NCBI GenBank assembly: GCA_001820095.1
Contig: MHOO01000011.1
Span: 1,958-65,957 of the forward strand
DNA from: Candidatus Staskawiczbacteria bacterium RIFCSPHIGHO2_01_FULL_39_25
GTDB taxonomy: Bacteria > Patescibacteriota > Minisyncoccia > Minisyncoccales > Staskawiczbacteraceae
Direction of reading: 5' to 3'
DNA: 64,000 bases
Numbering within the stretch: the first letter of the stretch is position 1; each line of letters starts with the position of its first letter. Under the pieces are notes generated by a model, which searched no databases, was not told the origin of the DNA, and was given only the letters and a program-made list of their open reading frames with translations. Shown piece after piece: positions 39,645 to 48,787 of this stretch. Both the position numbers and the translations under genes were made by a program.

Positions 39645-41186
39645 ATGCCAAGTAAAGTTTTTTCAGCCGCCATTGCGGGATTAGATGCCAAGCTTGTAGA
39701 GGTAGAAATTGATGTTTCCCACGGATTGCGTTCTTTTTCTATTGTAGGGTTGCCGGACAAAGCCGTAGAAGAATCTAAAGAACGGATTGAAGCCGCCATC
39801 AAAAGCTCTAAGTTATCATCTCCCCATAGCCGGACTCTTAGAACTTTAGTTAACCTAGCCCCTGCTGATTTAAAAAAAGAGGGCTCCCTCTATGATCTGC
39901 CAATAGCATTGGCTTTTTTAGTGGCATCAAAGCAAACTAATTTTATTACAAAAGATAAAATATTTTTAGGAGAATTATCGTTAGATGGAAACTTAAGGCC
40001 GATTAAAGGAGCCCTATCGTTTGCTTTGCTTGCTAAAAAGCAGGGTTTAAAAGAAATAATTCTGCCAAAACAAAATGCCAAGGAGGCGGCCTTAGTAAAA
40101 GACATAAGCGTTATTGGCGTAGAATCTTTAGCCCAAACTCTGGCCCATTTAGAAAATAGGAAACCAATTCCGGCCTTTTTGCCGCAAGACGAACATTCCG
40201 TCCCAAGCCCAGAAAATTCCGTGGACATTGGTTGGGTAAAGGGCCAAGAATATGCCAAGCGGGCACTGGAAATTACGGCAGCCGGAGCGCATAACCTGTT
40301 TTTCTTTGGCCCGCCGGGCGGAGGAAAAAGCTTGCTGGCAAAATCGCTGCCTTCCATACTGCCTAAATTGACGTTTGCGGAAGCTTTAGAAGTTACCAAA
40401 ATTTATAGCATTGCGGGATTATTGCCAGAACATCAAACCCTTATAAATTTCAGGCCTTTCAGATCTCCCCACCACGTATCTTCTGACGTAGCCCTCATAG
40501 GCGGAGGGAACCCTCCCAGGCCCGGAGAAATAACCTTGGCCCACCGAGGAGTATTATTTCTAGACGAGTTTCCCGAATTCCACCGAGATGTGCTGGAATC
40601 TCTGCGCCAACCCATTGAAGATGGGAAGATTACCGTTTCCCGGGCAAAACATACGTTCACTTTTCCCAGCCGGTTTATGCTGGTTGGCGCCAGCAATCCG
40701 TGCCCCTGCGGATATTTAAATAGCCCAGATAGGCCCTGCTCTTGCTCTCCTTCGCAAATTTCTATGTACAAAAGAAAGCTCTCAGGGCCCCTCATGGATA
40801 GAATGGACATTTTTATTGAAGTGCCGGCGGTAAAATATGAAAAACTTGCTTCACAGTCTTTGGAAAACAACCAGAGTAAATTGGTAAAAGAGCGGATAGA
40901 AAAAGCTAGGGAAATCCAAAAGGAACGGTTTAAGAACGACCTGCCTCTGCAGGCAGGGAACATATTAGTAAACGCGGAAATGAATTTCCCGGAAATTAAA
41001 AAGTATTGCCAGCATGACGGACAGTCCCAGAATCTTTTAAAAAAGTATGTTGACTCCGGCAAATTATCTGCGCGAGGATATCATAGAATCCTAAAGGTTG
41101 CCAGGACCATTGCAGATTTGCAAGGGAGCGAGAACATACAGCATGACCATATCGCAGAATCTTTAATGTACCGATTGAAAGATTAA
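39645..41186 (+). CDS. comM: YifB/ComM Mg-chelatase-like AAA+ protein
   Basis: VNLAPADLKKEG, GPPGGGKS, RPFRSPHH, LFLDEFPEF, NPCPCG, ARTIADL. Confidence 0.95.
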   Translation: MPSKVFSAAIAGLDAKLVEVEIDVSHGLRSFSIVGLPDKAVEESKERIEAAIKSSKLSSPHSRTLRTLVNLAPADLKKEGSLYDLPIALAFLVASKQTNFITKDKIFLGELSLDGNLRPIKGALSFALLAKKQGLKEIILPKQNAKEAALVKDISVIGVESLAQTLAHLENRKPIPAFLPQDEHSVPSPENSVDIGWVKGQEYAKRALEITAAGAHNLFFFGPPGGGKSLLAKSLPSILPKLTFAEALEVTKIYSIAGLLPEHQTLINFRPFRSPHHVSSDVALIGGGNPPRPGEITLAHRGVLFLDEFPEFHRDVLESLRQPIEDGKITVSRAKHTFTFPSRFMLVGASNPCPCGYLNSPDRPCSCSPSQISMYKRKLSGPLMDRMDIFIEVPAVKYEKLASQSLENNQSKLVKERIEKAREIQKERFKNDLPLQAGNILVNAEMNFPEIKKYCQHDGQSQNLLKKYVDSGKLSARGYHRILKVARTIADLQGSENIQHDHIAESLMYRLKD

Positions 41187-41258
41187 GCAACTCCCTTGCA
41201 AACAAAATGTGTTAGGCTTAGCCTAACACATTTTTATGTTAATTTTTTAACTTTAAGA

Positions 41259-42431
41259 TCATTTATATTTAAGCAATGATCCTATTAAATATTTAGCTAA
41301 GGGGTTTTTAGCTCCCATGACCTGAAAATGCACATGGCATCCTGTTGCCTTTCCGGTTCTTCCCATTAAGCCAATCCTATCGCCTACATTAACCTGATCG
41401 CCGGGTTTTACAAATAACGTGGTAAGGTGTCCGTAATAAGTGACTATCCCCCCAGAATGCAATACGGTAATATGGTTTCCCATCCCCAGGTTCCATTTTC
41501 CATTAGACGCTGTTCTCTGCACCGTTCCCGCGGCCGCAGCATAAATAGGGGTTCCGCACTTATTAGCCACGTCTACGCCGTTATAATAGTGAAGCCCTTG
41601 GCTAATTTGTCCTTCGGCAGGGAAAATAAAGAAACTATCAGCCAACGGAGTGATTCCAATTCCAATAGAGGGAATTAGCTTTTGCGGCATAAAGCCCCCC
41701 GGAACAATTAATATATCCCCAATAAAAATATCCCCTTCGCCACTAAGGCCGTTAAGGGCAACAATGTCCTCGGTTTTTGATTTATATATTTTGCCTAAAT
41801 CACTTATGGTATCGCCGGATTTTACAATATGGAGCAACCCCGAAACTGGCAAGATAACCAGCTTTTGGCCCGTCTTAAGAGTTGAATTTTTAGAAAGGCT
41901 ATTTGCCCAGAGAAGCGTATTCACCGAGACATTAAAGCTTTGGGCAATAGATTCTATGGTATCTCCCGGTTGAACTATGTAATCGGTTACATCTTTTCTC
42001 TCTTGGACCTGTTCAGACCCCCCCATAATAGCTCCCAGGGTTTGCGTAGTCAGCACCCGCGGCGTTGAAATACCATAAACAAAATTATCCTCAATGATCT
42101 TTAAATCAGGGGTTTCACGCACCATGATATTGCTTTGGTCAAAAAAGAGATCGCCAGCATCTGAATTTTCGTTCTCAAAAAAGGAATTAAAAGAGAGCAC
42201 CTCGCCTTCTTTAAAATAGCTTAATCTAGCCAAACTATCTGAACCGGAAAACAATAGGCCTAACAATACCAAAGAAAAAAACCCAAAATAAAAAAGAGGG
42301 TTTTTAAATCTTTTTGAACAAAGAAAGCTGCCTATATTTTTTACCCGGTTAAATAAAATCCTTTGGATTTTAACCCCGCTTTTAGCGGGATTATTTAACT
42401 GGGTGAATTTTTCGTTAAAAAAGGTAAACAA
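41259..42431 (-). CDS. LysM and M23 peptidase domain protein
   Basis: Two LysM (YIVQPGDT, HIVKSGDT); HYYNGVD, YGH, HVHF. Confidence 0.92.
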   Translation of the reverse strand: MFTFFNEKFTQLNNPAKSGVKIQRILFNRVKNIGSFLCSKRFKNPLFYFGFFSLVLLGLLFSGSDSLARLSYFKEGEVLSFNSFFENENSDAGDLFFDQSNIMVRETPDLKIIEDNFVYGISTPRVLTTQTLGAIMGGSEQVQERKDVTDYIVQPGDTIESIAQSFNVSVNTLLWANSLSKNSTLKTGQKLVILPVSGLLHIVKSGDTISDLGKIYKSKTEDIVALNGLSGEGDIFIGDILIVPGGFMPQKLIPSIGIGITPLADSFFIFPAEGQISQGLHYYNGVDVANKCGTPIYAAAAGTVQRTASNGKWNLGMGNHITVLHSGGIVTYYGHLTTLFVKPGDQVNVGDRIGLMGRTGKATGCHVHFQVMGAKNPLAKYLIGSLLKYK

Positions 42432-42597
42432 TAGGTAATGTTTAGATTAACTAAGTATTAAATCAATTTTATCCCCTTTAAGCCCCTCTGTCAAGACTTA
42501 TCCACAATGCCAAGAGTAGTGATTTTTGTCCATAATATACGTAATTTAACTAATTTTTAATTCAAATTATCGCATGGTATAATAGGTCAAATATCAA

Positions 42598-43512
42598 ATG
42601 AATTTACTCTCAATCGCTACCATAAAAAACCTGCTGACTGAATTTGGAACTAAGCCCTCAAAAGGGATGGGCCAGAATTTTTTGATAGATGAAAAAACGC
42701 TTAATAACATTATAGAAGCCGCCCAGCTTACCGAAGAAGACACGGTATTGGAAATAGGACCCGGGCTGGGAACTCTTACCAAAGCATTGGCAGAAAAAGC
42801 CAAAAAAGTCATTGCCATAGAAAAAGACGCTGTTTTTATTGAAATTCTTAAAAAAACCCTTAGTAATTTTATGAATGTTGATATAATTAATGGCAACATT
42901 CTTAAAATGAATTTTCAATTATCAATTATCAATTTTCAATCAAATTCCAATATTCAATTGCCAAAAAATTATAAATTGGTTGCTAACCTGCCTTATTATA
43001 TTACCTCTCCGGTCATAAGAAAGTTTTTAGAGATGGAAAATTCTCCAACGTCCATGGTATTTATGATACAAAAAGAAGTGGCTCAAAGAATTTGCGCCAA
43101 GCCGCCAAACATGAGCCTGCTAGCAGTCTCCGTACAGTATTATGCTAAACCCGAAATTATATCATACGTCTCAAAAAAATGCTTTTGGCCTTCTCCAAAC
43201 GTTGACTCTGCCATTATTAAGATTGTGCCGCGGAATTACGCAGAAATTAACCCTGCAAAATCGCCTGAAAGCGATAGCGGAGCAAGCGCGAAACCGCCCC
43301 AAAAAAAAGATATAGATTTGTTTTTTAAGGTGGCAAAAGCGGGGTTTTCCCATCCTAGAAAACAACTATTAAATAACTTATCTGTAAGCCTGAAAATGAA
43401 TAAAGAAAAAATAAATTTATGGCTTTTAACCAACAATATACGGCCATCACAGAGGGCAGAAACACTGACGATAGAAAATTGGACTAGCCTTGCAAATAGC
43501 TTCCCGGTGTGA
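42598..43512 (+). CDS. rsmA: 16S rRNA dimethyladenosine transferase RsmA/KsgA
   Basis: GQNFL, EIGPGLG, ANLPYYIT, QKEVAQR, RAETL. Confidence 0.96.
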   Translation: MNLLSIATIKNLLTEFGTKPSKGMGQNFLIDEKTLNNIIEAAQLTEEDTVLEIGPGLGTLTKALAEKAKKVIAIEKDAVFIEILKKTLSNFMNVDIINGNILKMNFQLSIINFQSNSNIQLPKNYKLVANLPYYITSPVIRKFLEMENSPTSMVFMIQKEVAQRICAKPPNMSLLAVSVQYYAKPEIISYVSKKCFWPSPNVDSAIIKIVPRNYAEINPAKSPESDSGASAKPPQKKDIDLFFKVAKAGFSHPRKQLLNNLSVSLKMNKEKINLWLLTNNIRPSQRAETLTIENWTSLANSFPV

Positions 43513-43564
43513 ATAAATCTGGGTGTATTGCTTTCTATAATTATGCTAAAATGAAGAAATATTT

Positions 43565-45931
43565 ATGCGTGATTTTTTCTCATCTATTCTGAAACAAAAA
43601 AAGATACTGTTTTTTATCTTGCTCTTTTTTGTTATCTCGGGAATTTTTTTGCCAAAAACAACATTTGCAATAGAATGGGTGGATAAAATAATAGATTCAA
43701 TAAGATATGCTCCCGAGAGAGTAGCAGCATTCATTGTAATATCATTTATTGCATTGCCAGCTATAACAGCAACATGGATTTTCAGAATGCTTGCTAACAT
43801 GGCGTATGCAACATTTAACTATGTGTTAAGTGAAATGATCCAAGATCCTGGAGATCAATGGGCAATAACTCGTAATCCTGTCTTTCTTGGCAGTTGGAAT
43901 ATTATAAAAAGCTATGCCAACATGTTTATTGTGCTGGGGCTTATTACCATTGCATTAGCCACTATTTTAAAATTTCGTGAAGATTATGGGGCAAAAAAGT
44001 TACTGCCGACACTTATAGGGGTTGCTCTCTTAGTTAATTTTTCCACGGTATTTGTTGGAATCATGATTGATGCATCAAACTTGGTAATGAAACACCTTGT
44101 GGTGGGAGGAGAACAGCAAGGTACTATTATTTCTTCCCTAAATATAGCTCACAACAATATTGTAGATCCATTATATAACCAAGCAATAGCTTCGGCGAGC
44201 GAAGCAAAAGATTGGTATGCCCCAATAGGCATAGGCTTAACCTATATAAGTGCAGAATATATTTTTGCAGCAATATATTTAGCCGTAGCGGTAATATTGT
44301 TTCTAATAACCTTAGTATTTATAGAAAGATATATTATGCTGGCAATTTTATTTATCTTTTCTCCACTAGCTTTTGTAGCTTTTATTTTTCCGGCCACAAA
44401 AAAGTTTTTTAGCAATTGGCTCCATCGTTTCCTTACTGCTTGTTTTTCCGGAGTAATTGCTGCTTTCTTTCTTAAGTTATCAGTAGGCATTCTAACTGTA
44501 TTTTCAACATCTGGTTCTAATATTTTTACCACATTTCAGGGAGAATCAGTTCTAGATACTATGCCGAAAATATGGATGCATCTTCTAATTGTTCAGGGAT
44601 TTTTATTTGCCGGATATAAATCGGCAAAGAAATCAAGTATTGTAGCGACCACAGTGATAGACACTGCAAAAGCTGTTGCTGGCGTAGTGATTGGAGCAAC
44701 TGCCGCAGTTGCCACTGGCGGCGCCTCGGCAGCCTTAAGGGCTACTGGAATTCCTGGAGCTGCACAAAGGGCTAAAGAGGGAATGAGTTATTATGGAACA
44801 AAATTAGCAGAAAGATTTGAGCCTCTTACTGGGGTTAGAAAAGGTACAGCTGATAGAATGAGACAACAAATGTTGCAAAAGCAAGTATCTACATCTGAAT
44901 CTGAAGAAAAAATGTCTGCCATGAGTTCTGAAGAAAGAGTTAAGTTAGCCTCTAAATTTAGAGATAATCGGTTGCTTTCTATAACTCCAGTTGATCCAAC
45001 TAAAATACAAGAAACAGTGGGACTTACAAAAGCTCTATTGAAGAATAAGGAGTTCGGTAATCTTGATAACGCACAACAAAGGCAACTTATTGAATTTATC
45101 AAAAGCAATGCTCCCAGCACAATCTCTATGAAGGAGTTTTCAAAGGTAAATGCTGACTATGGAGCCTACGATACGGATGCAGTTAATCAAGAAAAGAGAA
45201 AACTTATTGGCAAAACTAATCCTCGAACAGGTAACGCATATCTTGAGCATGACATGAATAATCCAAATGCAGCTCAATTTAAAGACATGCAAACTGATGC
45301 TGAAAATACCGTAATCAGAGATGCTTATGCTAAAATGGATGATAGTGAATTTAAGAAAATGAGCAATCAAGATATAGCAACCGAAGCAAAACAAGAAACC
45401 GCAAGAGGCAAACTAGCATTAGAAGAAGCTATAAAAAGAAATATACTTGGCATGGTTGGCAGCTTCGCAGAAACTGCCACACTAATTCAGGGTTCAGAAA
45501 AATATGGTTCAAAGGCCATGTATGAAGCTAAGAAAATTGACCCCAAATATGCTGAATATGATACAAAGGGAATACATGAACAACTTACTAAAAATGGCGT
45601 ACCAAATCCAACAATGGTTCCAACAACATCGCCTGACTTTATTAGAGCCCAACAAGAAGTTAAGTCAAACGCATATAAAAAGCTCACCGCTGGTTCTATT
45701 AGAAAAGACCTCTCTGATGATGCATTTGACTTGGAATTAGTGAAAAATGTCAGCGCTAAAAAGATAAGTGAAGCTAATAAGCAAGAGGGGCTCTCAACTA
45801 AGAAAATTGAAAAACTTAAAGCTTTAGAAGCAGATATCCAAGCAAAAGTATTGAATGCTTATGCAACTGGAAATAACGATGAAGCAGATCAATGGGCAGC
45901 TAAATTAAAAGCGATTAGAGCATTGTCTTAA
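43565..45931 (+). CDS. TrbL/VirB6-like type IV secretion membrane protein with long C-terminal extension
   Basis: Multiple TM; LLVNFS; IERYIMLAILFIFSPLAFVAFIFPATK; upstream of PrgI/VirB4. Confidence 0.75.
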   Translation: MRDFFSSILKQKKILFFILLFFVISGIFLPKTTFAIEWVDKIIDSIRYAPERVAAFIVISFIALPAITATWIFRMLANMAYATFNYVLSEMIQDPGDQWAITRNPVFLGSWNIIKSYANMFIVLGLITIALATILKFREDYGAKKLLPTLIGVALLVNFSTVFVGIMIDASNLVMKHLVVGGEQQGTIISSLNIAHNNIVDPLYNQAIASASEAKDWYAPIGIGLTYISAEYIFAAIYLAVAVILFLITLVFIERYIMLAILFIFSPLAFVAFIFPATKKFFSNWLHRFLTACFSGVIAAFFLKLSVGILTVFSTSGSNIFTTFQGESVLDTMPKIWMHLLIVQGFLFAGYKSAKKSSIVATTVIDTAKAVAGVVIGATAAVATGGASAALRATGIPGAAQRAKEGMSYYGTKLAERFEPLTGVRKGTADRMRQQMLQKQVSTSESEEKMSAMSSEERVKLASKFRDNRLLSITPVDPTKIQETVGLTKALLKNKEFGNLDNAQQRQLIEFIKSNAPSTISMKEFSKVNADYGAYDTDAVNQEKRKLIGKTNPRTGNAYLEHDMNNPNAAQFKDMQTDAENTVIRDAYAKMDDSEFKKMSNQDIATEAKQETARGKLALEEAIKRNILGMVGSFAETATLIQGSEKYGSKAMYEAKKIDPKYAEYDTKGIHEQLTKNGVPNPTMVPTTSPDFIRAQQEVKSNAYKKLTAGSIRKDLSDDAFDLELVKNVSAKKISEANKQEGLSTKKIEKLKALEADIQAKVLNAYATGNNDEADQWAAKLKAIRALS

Positions 45932-45943
45932 ATTTGGTTAATT

Positions 45944-46447
45944 ATGGAAAAAATTAATAATCAACGAATAGTCTTTAACCTACCAGAAGATACCACAATA
46001 GTTGAAGTTATTGATGAAATTTTGAAAAATAATGGACTTGAGGAAAATAATAAAGAATTCATTAATAAATTAAAACAAGAGAAAGAGCCTAAATTTAGCG
46101 TAGCCAAAGACGCAGCGATAACCCTTGCACAAAAAAAGATCCCTGAAAAAAAGTTAATTGAACTACTGGCAAAACATCTCGAAACTTCTAAAGAAAATGC
46201 TGAAAAAATAGTGCGAGACATTAAGCAAAAACTTATTCCTTATGCTAAAAAAGTACCCACAGAAGAACCACTGAAAAAGAAAGAAATCATTCAGGCCGAA
46301 TCCCAAAAATCTCCCTTGCCTTATAGCAAAAAAATAGAAACCGCTAATGTAGAAGAAAACGCGGAAAAACTACAGAAGGCAAGAACGGTAATTCAGCAGA
46401 AAGAAGAAAGTAAGGGACCGGATTCGTACCGAGAAACTCTTGATTAG
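45944..46447 (+). CDS. Hypothetical protein
   Basis: 167-aa ORF in the operon; C-terminal DSYRE motif. Confidence 0.7.
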   Translation: MEKINNQRIVFNLPEDTTIVEVIDEILKNNGLEENNKEFINKLKQEKEPKFSVAKDAAITLAQKKIPEKKLIELLAKHLETSKENAEKIVRDIKQKLIPYAKKVPTEEPLKKKEIIQAESQKSPLPYSKKIETANVEENAEKLQKARTVIQQKEESKGPDSYRETLD

Positions 46448-46920
46448 GGTTTAGCGTCTAGGGGTTAGGGTATAGACAAAACTAATTAAACGCTAGACTC
46501 CAACACCTAAACCCTAATTCATTATGTATTTAGAATCCTATAAAAAACTCATAGTTTGGCAAAAATCTATTGAATTAGTAAAAAAAGTTTATATTTTAAC
46601 AAGCAACTTTCCACAGAGCGAACTTTATGGAATAACTTCACAAATGAGAAGAGCAGCAATATCTATTCCTTCAAATATAGCCGAGGGATACTCAAGAAAA
46701 AATTTAAAAGAATATTTACAATTTTTAAGAATTTCTTATGGTTCATCAACAGAGTTAGAGACCCAATTAATAATAGCAAAAGATTTATATAAGAACATAC
46801 ACTATAAACCTACCGAGGAACTACTAGAAGAAGTATTAAAAATGTTGAATGTAATGATTAATAAATTAGAAAACAAAAATTAACTAACTAAACGCTATAC
46901 CCTATACGCTAAACCCTAAC
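46444..46920 (+). mobile_element. Filled periodic-arm element (TAGGGT 7-mer) carrying a four-helix-bundle gene
   Basis: Arm1 46444-46475 inverted to arm2 46481-46517 and arm3 46883-46919. Confidence 0.65.
46524..46883 (+). CDS. Four helix bundle protein (23S rRNA-IVP / TIGR02436-like)
   Basis: YKKLIVWQKS, FPQSELYGITSQMRRAAISIPSNIAEG, FLRISYGSSTELETQL. Confidence 0.93.
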   Translation: MYLESYKKLIVWQKSIELVKKVYILTSNFPQSELYGITSQMRRAAISIPSNIAEGYSRKNLKEYLQFLRISYGSSTELETQLIIAKDLYKNIHYKPTEELLEEVLKMLNVMINKLENKN

Positions 46921-46923
46921 AAT

Positions 46924-47328
46924 ATGTCACAATATCCCATTCCACAATTTATTGAAGAAGAAGGAAAAATTATCTTTTTCCTAACATTCCGGCAATTTTT
47001 TCTGCTTGCAGGAGGAGGAGCTGTTTGCCTTATTATATATTTTCTAGCCCCTTATTCCCTCTTTTTGGGCGCCGCGGCCCTTATTATGATAACGGTTATC
47101 GTCATAGCCTTTGTGAAGGTTCAGAACGCATCCATAGTAACTGTTGTGCTTAATATGCTTGGATTTATGGTAGGTAAAAAAAACTACACCTGGAGTAAAA
47201 GGGGAACAAATGCACGGCCCGAAACAGAAAGAAAGCAAGAATTTAAAAAACCCGTTGAAGTTCCGGCCCCAAAACTACAGCCCAGCAAACTAAGAGCAGC
47301 GCAGAAGATGATAGAGGTGAGGAAGTAA
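46924..47328 (+). CDS. PrgI family protein
   Basis: QYPIPQFIEEEGKIIFFLTFRQF plus 2 TM. Confidence 0.85.
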   Translation: MSQYPIPQFIEEEGKIIFFLTFRQFFLLAGGGAVCLIIYFLAPYSLFLGAAALIMITVIVIAFVKVQNASIVTVVLNMLGFMVGKKNYTWSKRGTNARPETERKQEFKKPVEVPAPKLQPSKLRAAQKMIEVRK

Positions 47329-47811
47329 TTATCCTAATTAACCTAATTATTCTAATTGTTCTAATCAAACCCTAATGTCCAATGAAAAAAATACAAAATA
47401 CGATTTAGAAGAAAGAACTGCTAAATTCGGAGAAGATATTATAAATTTTGCAAAAATCATTCCAGTAAATCCAGTTACTCAAAGAATTATTCCTCAATTA
47501 GTAGCATCCGGAACTTCTATGGGCTCAAATTACTGTGAAGCAGACGATGCAGAATCTGGCAAAGACTTTAAGCATAAAATAGGAATTTGCAAAAAAGAGG
47601 GCAGAGAAACAAAATACTGGCTAAGGATGATAGCTGCTGCAGTGCCAGCATTAAGAGAAGAAGCACGAGTTTTTTGGCAGGAAGCTAAAGAATTACACTT
47701 AATCTTTAATGCTATTTATCGTAAAGTTAACAAAAAGCCTTTAGAAATTAAAAAATTAAGTATTGATTAGGTAAATTAGATTAATTAGTATAATTAGAAT
47801 AATTTCAAAAC
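47326..47811 (+). mobile_element. Filled periodic inverted-arm element (CTAATT-NNN 9-mer) carrying a four-helix-bundle gene
   Basis: Arms 47327-47367 and 47764-47804 are inverted, 34/41 identical. Confidence 0.7.
47375..47770 (+). CDS. Four helix bundle protein (second subfamily)
   Basis: YDLEERTAKF, QLVASGTSMGSNYCEA, DFKHKIGICKKEGRETKYWLRMI. Confidence 0.92.
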   Translation: MSNEKNTKYDLEERTAKFGEDIINFAKIIPVNPVTQRIIPQLVASGTSMGSNYCEADDAESGKDFKHKIGICKKEGRETKYWLRMIAAAVPALREEARVFWQEAKELHLIFNAIYRKVNKKPLEIKKLSID

Positions 47812-48486
47812 ATGGAGCCGGCGACACAAGATTTTTTAGAAATTCAAGACATTAGAGAAGGCATTGTGATCTTGAAAAATAACAACATACGGGGGATATT
47901 AATGGTTTCCTCTATTAATTTTGCCTTAAAATCTGACGAGGAGCAGTCAGCCATTATTTATGCCTTCCAGAGTTTTTTAAACTCGCTGGATTTTTCGTGC
48001 CAGATTATCATACAATCCAGAAACATCAATATCACCCCCTACTTAGACAACATTAAAGCATTAGAAGAAAACCAAACGAGCGAGCTCATGAAAGCACAAA
48101 CTGCCTCATACGGAGAATTTATCCGAGAGCTAGTGAAAGGAGACAATGTAATGACAAAAAGCTTTTATGTGGTGGTGCCATATACGTTAGCAGAAATACT
48201 GGGAGTTGGATCTGCGGTAAGCAAATTTAATTTCTCTGAAATGCTAGGATTAGGCAAGAAAAGCAAAGGGGAGAATAAGCCGATAATAAAAGATGAAGAC
48301 TTTGAAAAGTGCAAAAACCAGCTTTGGCAAAGGATGGAATTTGTAGCCATGGGGTTAAAGAGGTGCGGATTAGACGTTATTCCCCTGACCACCCCGGAGT
48401 TGATTGAACTATTTTGGGCAACCCACCACCCCAGTGAAGCAGAAATCGGATACTCGCCGGAAGTAGTGCCAGAACTGCTGAAATAA
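47812..48486 (+). CDS. T4SS-associated protein (VirB4/TraC N-terminal-like)
   Basis: TQDFLEIQDIREG, SSINFALKS, FLNSLDF, KSFYVVVPY; between PrgI and VirB4. Confidence 0.7.
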   Translation: MEPATQDFLEIQDIREGIVILKNNNIRGILMVSSINFALKSDEEQSAIIYAFQSFLNSLDFSCQIIIQSRNINITPYLDNIKALEENQTSELMKAQTASYGEFIRELVKGDNVMTKSFYVVVPYTLAEILGVGSAVSKFNFSEMLGLGKKSKGENKPIIKDEDFEKCKNQLWQRMEFVAMGLKRCGLDVIPLTTPELIELFWATHHPSEAEIGYSPEVVPELLK

Positions 48487-48787
48487 TTATTCTAATTGAC
48501 CTAATTTCTAATTGTTCTAATCAAATCCCAATTCCCAAGCCCCAATTCCCAAACGTAATTTGGGAATTAAGGAATTAGGCATTATTTTCTAGCAAGCGAA
48601 GGCAATAAAGATTCACAAATATTTATTGCCAAGCGGCGACGAAAATATGCTTTGCATATTTAGAATAATAGAAATAGGATTTATATAATACGTCGCTCGG
48701 TCGGCATACGTGAAACTGCGGTTTCCCCTATGCCTCCCTTGGCTAGTATTATTAGAGCAATTAGTATAATTAGAATAATTTCAAAAC
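48484..48787. repeat. Empty CTAATT-NNN element with nested CTAG-bounded insertion (48589-48746)
   Basis: aattattctaattgacctaatttctaattgttctaatca ... attagagcaattagtataattagaataatt. Confidence 0.85.

Noticed and set aside
46524-47770. Diversity-generating retroelement (Avd-like proteins)
   Set aside because: No reverse transcriptase and no TR/VR pair with adenine-specific mismatches visible in the window.
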